Assembly (NCBI GenBank): GCA_028534125.1
Contig: CM052821.1
Coordinates: forward strand, 10,664,001-10,728,000
Source of the DNA: Lama glama
Taxonomy: Eukaryota
DNA length: 64,000 nt
Reading direction: 5' to 3'
Part shown: piece after piece, positions 24,037 to 35,230 of the stretch
Layout of the letters: the number at the start of each line of letters is the position of its first letter
How positions within the stretch are numbered: the first letter of the stretch is position 1
Made by a program: the position numbers and the translations under genes
Notes under the pieces: generated by a model
The model's input: the letters and a program-made list of their open reading frames with translations, nothing else
The model's database searches: none
Told to the model about the DNA's origin: nothing

Positions 24037-25368
24037 CAGGGTCAGTTTCTTGCATACTAACAGTTCGTTCACACAGGGTCCTGCACTCAAAAGGGCTTAA
24101 TGCTTGAAGTCTTAATGCTCTGTGGTTGCCGGTTTGAAATTCTTAATAACATTATCTTTGGGTTTTTTGTTTTGCAAGTTAAGTCCAATGTGAGAGTGGA
24201 GCATGCCTTGGTTCACATGCTGTTCTGCCTCCTGTGACCTCTCTGCCTCCTTGGGATAGGTTCTCAGCTCCACTCCCATCCCTCACCCCCACCATTTTCT
24301 GGCATCTCAGCCCTGCCCACCCTCCTCCTCACCAGCACCAGGGACCAGGACCACCAGGACCAGCGGAAACTGGGCACAGGCACAGGAAAAGTCAGGGTCG
24401 TGTGCATGCACCCATGGTGTCTTAGGGCAGGCATGGCGGCAGCTGTCCTGGACCGGCAGTGCCACAGTGCACTCAGTGGGCAACTCGGTAGGGATGAGCC
24501 TCTTACCTGTGCTGGGGCATCCTGGCATGGAAGCTGCAATCTCTTGGAGATTGTCCCTCCAACATGGTTTGGAGAGGCCATGGGAAAGGGAGATATCTGG
24601 TTCAACCTCCCCACCCTTAGCCAGAAGGTCCTACAAATTGATGGGATGAGGACAGAACAGCTGATGGGCCCCAAGGGCTCTTTGAACAACATGATACAGG
24701 AAACATGTGGGGCGGGAGAGGATAGCCGTGTCCCAGGTCTCAGTCGAGTCCCTGAGATGTGCCCAGCTAAGTGAGGGTCCTTGTCTTCAAGCAAGAAAGA
24801 ATTCAAGAGTGAACCCCAGTAGACTCAAGGTAGATTTATTCAGAGGGATATATATATATGTAAATATATGTAGACAGAGTGCAGGCCATCTCCAAAGGCC
24901 AAAGAGGCCACGAGGCATGAAGGTGGGTGTTTAAAGTAAAAGCAGATACACACTCCATAGAAGAGTGTGGGCCATCTCAAAAAGGTGAGAGAGAGGCGAG
25001 AGAAAAAGCCATGAGGCTCAGGGTTGATTTTTATGGGCTTGGAGGCTAACAAGTGGGAGGATTTTTCCAACTACTTTGAGGAAGGGGCTGGGATTCCTGG
25101 GAACTAGGCCATCACCCACTTTTTGACCTTTTATGGTCAGCCTTGAAGCTGTCATGGCACCAGTGGGAGTACCATTTAGCATGCTGCTGTATTACAGTGA
25201 GCGTATGTTGATACACAAGGTCTACTGGGAGTTGAATCTTCCACCAACCTGGTGTTAACTGCTGTGTCATTCTTTTAATGGCTGTGCCCTGCCCTCTTCC
25301 CTCCTGTCTCAAAGGGACCCTGCATTTTCATTTTGCACTGTGCCCTGCAAATTGTATAGCTGGCCCTG
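24037..25368 (+). mobile_element. MER45-family (hAT-Tip100) DNA transposon, interrupted by an LTR
   Basis: CAGGG...CCCTG termini, MER45 signatures (tttgaaattcttaataa; gcattttcattttgcactg.gccctgcaaatt), and degenerate 8-bp TSD TTTCTAAG/ATCCTAAG. It sits inside an L2. Confidence 0.88.
24692..25311 (-). mobile_element. MER41-like ERV1 solo LTR
   Basis: Terminal inverted repeats TGATACAGG / CCTGTCTCA, minus-strand AATAAA near 24836, and agaaagaattcaagagtga and gtcatggcaccagtgggag motifs recalled from MER41-type LTRs. Confidence 0.75.
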
Positions 25369-25982
25369 ATCCTAAGGTCTTTATTTCCAGCCCAGATCTC
25401 TCTTCTGTGTTGCCAATGGCACATCTGTGCATGCTGGACATCTCCACTTGGATATTTCTTCAGACACTTCACATTCAGCTGATCCAAAACCAAATATATA
25501 ATCTCTGCCCCAAAACTGTTTTCCAAAATCCAGGAATGGCACTGACTAGTTACACAAACCAATCATTTGAGAATCATTTTAACTCCTTCCTCTCTCTCTC
25601 ATCCCCCATATCCACCCAGTGGTTAAATCTTGTGGCATCTACCTGCAGGGTACTACAAACATATTCTGTATTTGTTATCTATTGTTACATTGCCACATAA
25701 CCCCACAGCGTGACATTTTGGCAAAGACTTGAAGGAAGCAAGAGATTAAGACATACAATTATCTGAGAGAGTGGAGGATTTAGGGAGAAAGAAAAGCAAC
25801 TACAAGAGTTCCAAAGAGAATTATCACAACAAGGTAAACACACTCTACTTCAATAAAAAATAATATTAATAAATTTTAAAAAGAGCTTAGTAAAGCATCT
25901 GGCACATATTAAGTTCTCAATAAATGTTAGCTACTATTGAAAAAAAAAGTTCCAATGAGAACCAGCAAAGAGGTCATGACAA

Positions 25983-26501
25983 CTGTGGCATAACCGATTA
26001 CCCCAAATTTCGTGGCTTAGAGCAACAATAAATGCATTATCTCACATAGTTTCTGGGGTCAGGAATTTGGAACAGCACAGTAAAGGGGTTCTGGCCTGCA
26101 TCCTCTCGAAGTTCTAGCCAAGATGTTGGCGAGGGCTTTCGTCACCTGAAAGCAGGACTAATGCTGTAGGTCTGCTCCTATGATGGTTCACAGTCAAGAT
26201 AGTTCACTTGCAACTGGTGCTTCTTGTTAGCAGACACCTCAGTTCCTTCCTACACCGGCTGCCTGCAGGCTTCTTGAGCATCCTGATGACATCACACATC
26301 TTCCCCGAGCAATTCAAAGGAGTGGGCAAGGTAGAAGCCACAGCATCCGGTATGACCCAGCCTTGGAAATCAGGCATCGTCATTTCTGCCATCGGTTACA
26401 CAGGTCCATCAGCTCAACTCACTGAGGGAGGGGCTTCTACGGAGCATGAAGACCAGAGGCAGGGATCTTTGGGAGCCAGCCTGGAGTCTGGCTGCCAGCC
26501 A
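25983..26501 (-). mobile_element. MaLR LTR (MLT1F-like)
   Basis: taccccaaatttcgtggcttagagcaacaa...tctcacatagtttctggggtcaggaatttgg...gggatctttgggagcca. Confidence 0.8.
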
Positions 26502-26897
26502 TCTCCACCATCACTGTTCTGATACAGACCCCCATCATTCTTCATTCTGAGTTACTGAGAACTATATGCTGGCCGGTTGCCTGGGTGTTGGGGCTTCAAT
26601 AGTAAAAACAAAAGACGAAGACAGACAACATCCCTGCCCTCACGACCTTCCATTCCAGTGAATAAAGACAAATAAACGTGCTTATTTATCTCTACCCCCT
26701 GGAATTCCCAGATAAATAAGTACATTCGCTTACTTGTCTCTAACAGCGATAGAGAATGATGGTTGGGGGAAGGATCGGTATGGAGTGGTTAGGAAGAGCC
26801 TCCATGTTAAGCTGACATTTTAGCAGAGGCCTGCAGAAAGTGAGGGACCAAGACAGGTCAGTCCCTGACAGAACAGAGTTTAGAAGAGGCAAATGCA

Positions 26898-27332
26898 TGC
26901 AGCAAGGTGCATGGGCCTGGAGATCATCATGCTAAGTGAAGTAAGTCAGACAGAAAAAGACAAAAACACCATGTAATATCACTTAAATGTGGAATCTAAA
27001 AAAAAAAAAAAAAAAGACACAAATGAACTTATTTACAAAACAGAAACAGACTCGCAGACACAGAAAACAAACTCATGGTTACCGAAGAGGAAGGGTCAGG
27101 GGTGGGAGGGAAAAATTAGGAGTTTGGGATTTGCAGATACTAACCACTATGTATAAAGTAAACAGCAAGATCCTACTGTAGAACGCAGGGAACTATATTC
27201 AATATCTTGTAATAGCCTACAGTGAAAAAGAATATATATATAAACGTACAACTGAATCACTATGCTGTACACCAGAAACTAACACAACATTGTAAATCAA
27301 CTAGACTTCAATTTCAAAAAAAAAAAAAAAAA
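26898..27332 (+). mobile_element. Cetartiodactyl-type L1 3' end inserted in an L2
   Basis: atgctaagtgaagtaagtcagacag...tgtggaatctaaaa...aaatgaacttatttacaaaacagaaacagactc, poly(A), and a degenerate TSD aagagg.aa.tg. Confidence 0.9.
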
Positions 27333-27339
27333 GAGGTAA

Positions 27340-28360
27340 CTGGAAGTGTAAAAGCCTTGAGGACAAGCATGCTTAGTGTCTTCAAGAGAAGCAGAGAGGC
27401 CACAGTGACTGCAGCGTGAGTGATGGAGGAGGAGAGTGGGAGGAGGTCAGGCTTGGTGGGGGAGGGGGGAGCTGAGAGTCAATTTTGCCATCAGCAAGAC
27501 ATCGGGTTTTACTCTGAATAAGGTGGCGAGACTTTGGAAAGTTTTGAGTAAGTGAATAGCAGAATTTAACTTACATTTAAAAGAATGTTTCTGACTGCTT
27601 TATGGAAAACAGACTATCAAGAGGAGGTATAGAAGAAGGGAGGCAGGTGAGAGATGAGTTCTTTAACTGAGACAAGGGATGATGGTCTTGAACCAAAGTG
27701 GTAGTGGTAGACATGGACTGTAGATATGTTTTGAGGGTAGATCTGAGAAGACTTTCTGATGTACTATATGGATATGAGGAGAAAAGGGAGTCCAGGCTGT
27801 TGCCAAAGTTTTGACCTGAGTAACTAGGAGAATGGAGTTGCTGTTTTTGAGATGTGGAAGACCACAGGACAGTAAGGGTGGTGGAGTTTGGGTTTAGACC
27901 CATACATTTGAGTTCGAAATTAGACATCCACGTGAAGATGTCCAGTAGTCATGAGTCTGGAGTTTGGAGGAGAAATCTGCACTGGAGATAGAAACTTAGG
28001 ACTGGATAAGATAGCTTGGAAAGTTAATCTATATAAAGAGATAAGTCAGAGACTCTCCATTCCCAAACTTGCACTGGGAAAATGAGGGAAACTAGCAAAG
28101 GAGACTGAGATTTCCAGTGAGGAATGAGGAAAAACAAAATAGGATGAGGTTCAGTTAAATTTTTTTCAAAAAAAGGAGAAAATGATCCCCTCTGTCAAAT
28201 GAACCTGGTACGGTGACTCTGTAAGACGTCATATTCTCCTGTACCTGGAACAGTTTTCTTCAGGTGTGAAGAGAACTGATCACTGGGTTTAGCAATGGAA
28301 AGTCATCAGTGACCTCACAGTTTCACAGGAGTGGTAGGGGACAAAAGTCTGGAATGAGTT
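27340..28360 (-). mobile_element. L2 LINE
   Basis: Long purine-rich L2 minus-strand pattern (gagtttggg...tagacatccacgtgaagatgtccagtag...tagcaatggaaagtcatcagtgacct). Confidence 0.8.
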
Positions 28361-28366
28361 CTCTAA

Positions 28367-29128
28367 TGTGTTTTTTCCAACATCACCAAACAATTCTCCA
28401 GTTGTCAGTGGACGCTTGACTGTGTATCCTACAATTAACTCAATTCTGACACTATTTACCTGGAGATAATTTCCGGTCACCCAAGGTAAGTGCTTAGTCC
28501 CACAAAATTGCACTCCCTCCCCCTACTTCAGATGCCAATTACAGGTCCAGGTGGTCACCTGTGCATCTGACCAACATGCTGCAGATTAGAGGTTCCCACA
28601 ACTTGGGTTTGATTAATTTGTTAGAGCTGCTCACGGAACTCAAGAGAAACATTTACTTACGTTTACCAGCTTATTAGAAGCGGTCTGTAAAGAATACAGA
28701 TGAATAGCCAGACGAAGAAGTGCGTAAGGCGAGATCCAGAAGGGTCCTGACTATAGAAGGCTTTGTCCCCATGGGACCTGGGTGCACCATCCTCCCAGCC
28801 TCTGGATGTGTTTACCAACCTGGAAGCTTATCAAATCTTGTTTTCAGGAGTTTTTTATGGAGCCTAATCTGCAGCACCTGCCTCCTTTCCCTGCTCAGAG
28901 GTCAGTGGGTAGGGATGAGATTTCCAGCACTCTACATGGTCTTTCTCGTGACCAGCCCCAACCTAGGCTATCTAGGGGCGTCGCCCTAGGGCACCTCATT
29001 AGCATGAGCTCGAAAGGGGATCCTCATGAAGGACGAAAGACACTCCCATCACTCAGAAAAGTCTAAGGGTTTGAGGTTTGTGCCAAGAACTGGGGACAAA
29101 GACCAAATGTATCCCTTCACATACCACA
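28367..29128 (-). mobile_element. MER21-like ERVL LTR
   Basis: tcctacaattaactcaattctgacactatttacctggagata...aactggggacaaagaccaaat...accaca. Confidence 0.85.
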
Positions 29129-29283
29129 AGTCACAGGAGGAGGAGGAAAGGGAGGGAGTGGTAACAATGACTACAGACAGCTCTTTGGAGGAGACTTGAA
29201 ACTCTTTGAGACACATGAATTTCTAAACTTCTAGATCCACCTCCAGTTGGATTCTAATAGGCAGCTAAAATTTCAAATCCAAA

Positions 29284-29535
29284 ATGTTAAAAAAATATAT
29301 AGAATAGATAAACAAGATTATACTGTATAGCGCGGGGAAATATATACAAGATCTTGTGGTAGCTCACAGAGAAAAAACAAATGTGACAATGAATATATAT
29401 ATATGTTCATGTATAAGTGAAAAATTGTGCTGTACACTGGAATTTGACACAACAATGTAAAATGATTATAAGTCAATAAAAAATGTTAAAAAAATTTTTT
29501 AAATAAAAAATAAATAAAATAAAATAAAATAAAAT
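29284..29535 (+). mobile_element. Camelid-type L1 3' end
   Basis: aacaagattatactgtatagc...caagatcttgtggtagctcac, (AAAAT)n tail, and 17-bp TSD AAAATTTCAA(A/G)TCCAAA. Confidence 0.9.
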
Positions 29536-29552
29536 AAAATTTCAAGTCCAAA

Positions 29553-30380
29553 GTCAAACTCCTGATCTTCCTCCAAAATTCTGGTCCACCCATAATCTTC
29601 TCCATCTCAGATAATCAAAACTCCATCCCTCTGATTGCTCAGGCCCCAAACCCTGGAGTCATCTTTGATTCCCCTCTTTCTTGTATACCCTATCTCCAAG
29701 CCATCAGCAGATCCTTTTAAGCCCATCACAATATATATCTAGAACCGGACCACTACACACCACCTTCACCACAAACATCTCGTCTGTGACATCATCCTCT
29801 TTTACCTGGATTATTTTTCCATCTGGTTTCCCTACTTCCACCTTCGTCTCCCTAGAGTCCACTCTTGACACAGTAGCCAAAGTGATGCTAAAAGCATCAC
29901 CAGGAGTCAGATCATATTACTCTCTGCTCCACAACAGCTCCCCATTCTCACTATAGGAAAATCTGAAGTATTTACCAAGCCACATTATTTAAATTGCAAA
30001 ATCTCCAGAGTCACTCCGTATGGCTGTGCAAGATGTTTATTCTACCCAGATGTCTGGTCAAGGGCAATAAAGTGAAGCCTGGAATGTAGCACAGACTCTG
30101 CTTGCCAAGCCGCGTCTTGTCTTGGGGCAAGACTCTGTCTGTGCAAGTTCCATATAGGTTGTCAGCCACCCGGTAGTCACCTCGACATGTGTATTCCCCA
30201 CTCTCTTACTTTGCCTTATTTTCTCCTTATCTCCTAGCTCCCTTTTACATACCACATGATTTGTTTACTTATTCTGTGTATTATCTGTCCTCACCAACTA
30301 AAAGCTGAGTTCATGAGAGCAGTGCTTTTGTCTTTTGTTCACTACCATATTCCCAGCACACAGCAGGCACTTAAAATTGA
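29553..30380 (+). mobile_element. L2 LINE
   Basis: ctccatccctctgattgctcaggccccaaaccctggagtcatctttgattcc...ttcatgagagcag...cccagcacacagcaggcactta. Confidence 0.8.
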
Positions 30381-31980
30381 GTTGCATTTTTCTGTATAAG
30401 GTAGTGGAGAAATGCAGTAGTACACAGAAGGGTATGTGGAGCCAAGAGAGGGAAAGGTTTAAGGTGGGAGACAGGAGGGAAATTCACTGTCATACTGTCT
30501 TCAGATAAGTGAAATTGATGAGCTCCAGTCCACCATGGCTGTACAAAGCAAGACAAAATTTCCATCGCAAATACCGTAGAGAAGACAAGGATACAGATGC
30601 AAGTGTACCAGGAAATGTATTGGTAGGAGCTGCAGAAGCTATCTTTCTCCTCTCAAATGTTTGTTTTGAAAGCGTTCCGAGATACAGAAAAATTAAAAGA
30701 ATAGTGTAACAGACATCTATCCATTCACCGCCAAGCTTCAGCAATTGTGAATGTTCTGTTGTATTTGTTTGATCTGTTTGTCTCTCTCTATATATTACAT
30801 TGAATCAAGTTAATGTTGCAGACCTCATGACATGTCATCTCCACATAATACATTCACATAGTATTTTCCTCATACCAACTAATAGCCAATCCATATCCAA
30901 GTCTCAGAGACTTTTAAAGGCTGAGGCTTTTATACAAGCACTCAGTCACATTTCACACACTGCAACTGATTATATTCCTCAACTTTTTTCCCCACTGACT
31001 TTGACTTTTTCAAGAGAAGAGAACAGCTGTGGATGACTTTTTTCCCCATACGCTATGGCTCAATGTGTAGTATTTCCTATAGATCAGACATTAAGTCACA
31101 GGCTTTTAGTTGAACGTTTTGGGCAAGAACCTGGCACAGAAGATGCTATGTTTTTCATGCAGCATTACAGTAGGAGGTGTGCACTGGCAGACTGTTCTAC
31201 CGTTACTGGTGCTAAGTTAGATCATGAGGCTACATGGCAAACGCCTGATCTTTTCATTAGATCAAGCTTCGAACCCGGGCAGTCTGACCCCAGGGTCTGT
31301 GCCTCTCACCACTTTGCTATATTGCCTCTCTAGCTAAGAGCACAGGGCTCGAGAACCAGCAGCACATGTGTAAGTAGCAAGGCTTGGATTCAAAGCTGAT
31401 TGCTCCACCCACTACATGAGGATGGCTTGTCAGCTTCTCGTCTTAAAAAGGGGCCCCTGGAACTTACGGTACCTCCTGGGGAAAGCAAACTCCTCCTTCC
31501 TGTGTTCCCTGTTTAATGAGGAAAGACAAATACATGTGTCAAGTTTCCTAGCTGGTACCGAGGACGGGGTTGATTTGCTCCAATAAACTCAGACTCAGAT
31601 TGTAACTGATTTTTTGGTTTCCATTTTGATTCCTTGTCATTCCCCAAGATCCACCTTTCTTATGCACAGAAAAATAAGTAAGTAAAAGGGGAAGGCGGTC
31701 ATCGCTAATCTCTTTGATTCTCTAGTAACCTGGGTTCTGAGGAAAGAGAGTTCTAATATTGGGAAGGCAGCAATTTGAGATCAGAATTTTTTGAAGGGCA
31801 ATTTAGGCCAGATTACCTGTAGCCCTGTTTGAAAGCAATGAACTCATCCAGGTAATTTTTTTAGTTACTAAATTTTCAGACTGAGATATATAAAGTGCCT
31901 CTCTCTCTGGCAGTCTCCAAACACCTGATGCAGAATTGTCTTCCTTTCTTGAAGGATTGTGGCAAAAATTAGGGTTAGAA

Positions 31981-32283
31981 AAACAGACTCACAGACACAG
32001 AAAACAAACTATGGTTACCAAAGGGGAAAGGATCGGGGAGGGATAAATTAGGAGTTTGGGATTAACAAATACACGTTACTATAGAGGAAATATTTAAACA
32101 ACAAGGACCTACTGTATAGTACAGGGAACTGTATTCAATTTCCTGTAATAACATAAAAAAGATTCTGAAAAGAAAAAAGTATGTATGTATGTATACATAT
32201 AACTGAATCACTTTGCTGTACACCTGAAACTAACACTGGACATCAACTACACTTCAATAAAAAATAAAAAATAAAAAATAATT
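31981..32283 (+). mobile_element. Cetartiodactyl-type L1 3' end
   Basis: acagactcacagacacagaaaacaaactatggttacc..., A-rich tail, and perfect 17-bp TSD AAAAATTAGGGTTAGAA (31964-31980 / 32284-32300). Confidence 0.92.
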
Positions 32284-33004
32284 AAAAATTAGGGTTAGAA
32301 CTGCCTGCACTGCTGGACTGGGTTAGAGCCACAGTGGGAGGACAGGGAGGTTAGTGGTGAGCAGGATGCTTTCTTAAAAAAGAGACTTTTCTTCTTGGTT
32401 TTTATTCTGTGGGTTTTTTGTTTGTTGGTTTTTGTTTTTTTGCTTATGAAATTGGGTGAAGGTCAACAGCTTTGCCAATAGCTAGTCCTCATCTGCTGCA
32501 CAGAATGGAAAATATCAAGTAGCCTCGAATGTTCATGTGCCCAGTTTAACCAGTTTAATCCTATAAAATCTAAATCACTACTGGTGCGGAGGGGACAACA
32601 TGGATTTCTATAACACAACTCTCGAAGTTACTTTGATTTTAATCCCATTTTAAAAATATATAACACTTCGTGAAGCTAGGTGAGGGATCAGGGAATAAAA
32701 TGACATGAGAGTCCCACGTGTAGAGGTTAGAAATAACTTCTCTAACGCCCAGAGCAGTGGTTTAGGGAAGTGGACGAACCACATCCAGGCATGATTCCTC
32801 ATGGCCCTTCGACTGGCTGCACCGTCTTCATTTTCACTCGCATTTAATTCACAAATAATTTTGTGAGTGAAAATGGAGTAAAAATCCCCTTTGCTAGAAC
32901 ATTGCTAGATATTTTTATAATTGACAGAAGAAGCATGTCTTATGACTGTAGTCAATTCACAGAACTAATTAAGCCTTCTTGGTATCTTTGCCTCATTTAC
33001 TGAG

Positions 33005-33067
33005 CCCAGTGGCCTACTGAAAATATTTACTATCTGATCCTTTACAGAAAGAGTTTGCCAACCCCTG
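33005..33067. mobile_element. MER58-like hAT terminal fragment
   Basis: aaaatatttactatctgatcctttacagaaagagtttgccaacccctg. Confidence 0.7.
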
Positions 33068-33954
33068 GTGTATACTGTCCCTCCTCTTGACCTAACTTCT
33101 GGAATATATATTCTATTTCTGAGATAGAGCTGTTTCAGTAGGTAAAAAGTCTGCACAAATGGGTATTTCTAAATAACCGCTTATTTATGTGTTGATTTTT
33201 CCCTCATTATTTTCAGCAATTTCACATCTCCCTCCCAAAGATGATTGTGTGAGAAATCACAAAATATTTCACAGAATTAGCAGCCAATTCGAAGCGAGTG
33301 CTCTACTGGGATGTTACTGACACGTGTTAAACGTCCTTTTGCATAAGACGTGGGACAAAATGGTGCCCAAGAATGGAGTGGTGAATGTTAAGTTTTCCCT
33401 CCAAACTGGCCCTGAGGCCTCTCAGCATCCAGGAACGGAAGAGCCAAGTGCCGGAGTCTCTGCCCTTTCTTCCAGGCCTTGGCAGAAGTCAGTTCACCCA
33501 CCCCGGGCAGCATGCCTGTCACCTTTGCTCTGCTTCCTGAGTCCCCTGGCACAGTTCTTGGTGGGTGATGCCGAGGTTTGTCCCTTCCTGTGCTGAACCG
33601 GACAGTCCGCCTTCACGTGCACTCCATTCTTTGAATCTTCCTCAAACGTCTTCAGGAGTCCCAGCAGCTTCTCATCAGTGACGGGCTCCCGGGGCCACTC
33701 CCGCTGCTGTCTGGGCTGCAGCCTTTGAGAGCTCTGAGGCTTTACACGTGATACGTTCACCTTTCCCTCTGCCTTGAGGTTGTCTTAGGGCAGTAGCTTT
33801 GTACAGACATCTCTCATGTGTTTCCACTGGCATCTCTGCCTGAGTATGAAAGTGCGTGGGGCCAGATGGCCAGGAGGCAGCGGCAGGGACAGGAGAACTA
33901 GCGTGGATATGGCACACCCAGCTGGGAGTGGACGAAGTTGCAGACTGAAAGCTG

Positions 33955-34260
33955 TTTTTTTTTAATTGGAGTAAAAAACATATAACATAAAATGTACCAT
34001 CTTAGCCATTTTTAAGTATGTGTTTCAGAGTGTTCTGTATATTCGTTGTTGTGCAACAGCTCTCTAGAACTTTCTCATCTTGCAAAACTGAAATGCTATA
34101 TTCATTGAACAAGTCCCATTTCCCCTACCCCCAGCCCCTGGCAAATACCTTTCTCCTTTCTGTTCCTATGAGTTTAACTTTAGATGCCTCATATACATGG
34201 AATCATACAGCGTTTGTTTTTACAACTGTCTTTTTTCACTTAATATAATGTCTTCAAGGT
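33955..34260 (-). mobile_element. L1MB-like 3' end
   Basis: taacataaaatgtaccatcttagccatttttaagt...cccagcccctggcaa...ggaatcatacag. Confidence 0.85.
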
Positions 34261-35159
34261 CTGGAAGCCATCTTTTGATAATTCTGATTTTCTCGAATAG
34301 AAAACACAGGTCATGAGCAGGGGATGAGAAGGTGGAAAGAGGTTTAAGCAGAGAGAAGCTCTGAAATTGTATCTAAGATAGCTGGAAAGTAAACAAATGA
34401 GGGAAACAGCATAGGATGACACCAGAGACCCACATGAGGCCATGAATTTAAAGTGAAACCTGCTAGCATGGTCCTGTTGTTTTTCCAGGCACATTCTGAT
34501 ACTCGGGTCCATATATCACCTAGGTGTACAATTGAATATGACTAGGGTTGAATTTTGCAAGGTCAACAGAGAGAGATGGTGGGAGTTGATGATACAAGCA
34601 AGGGGATCTTTCAACAATGCATTATAGGGTCCAAAAGATGAAACAGTGAGGACACGACTGAACAGAAGTGGTGAGATCAGAAGACTGAATATTCCGGCAG
34701 TGTGGGACTGCTGGATTTGCTGCAGCTCTCTCTCACCTGGATTCCTGCTGAAGCCTCCTTACCAGTTTTCTTCTTCTTTCCAATCCGTTCTCCCTCTTGT
34801 GGTCAGAAATGATCCCTTTGATGTGAAAATTGGATGGAATCACTCCTTTCAAATTCCCCAAGGGATTCCCATAGCACTGTGGACAGTGGCTAACTTTTTC
34901 ATGACTTGAGGTCCTGTGTATGTATCTCAAGCCTCATTCTCCACACTTTTTCAGCATCTCCAATATCTCCAGCACCGTTTGTGCCAACAGCTAGGACAGT
35001 GCCTGGTACATAATAGGTGCTTACTAAGTGTTGCTGTCAGACTGGTTTTGAAAGGTTTGTTGAATTACTGACATATGGATCCTCTAGAGCAACCTTTCAG
35101 TTTAGGATTCTAGTCCTTTGATGGGTCCTGGTTAAAAGAAAAAAAATTTAAAAAACTAA

Positions 35160-35230
35160 AAAGAAGAAGAAGGAGGAGGAGGAAGAGGATGAGGGAGGGA
35201 GAGGGGAGGGGGAACAGGAGGAGGAGAAAA
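35160..35230 (+). repeat. Purine-rich (GAA/GGA) low-complexity tract
   Basis: aagaagaagaaggaggaggaggaagaggatgagggagggagagggg... Confidence 0.85.

Noticed and set aside
24234-24806. 180-aa and 124-aa ORFs
   Set aside because: They lie within the MER45/LTR nest and show no transposase or retroviral protein motifs.
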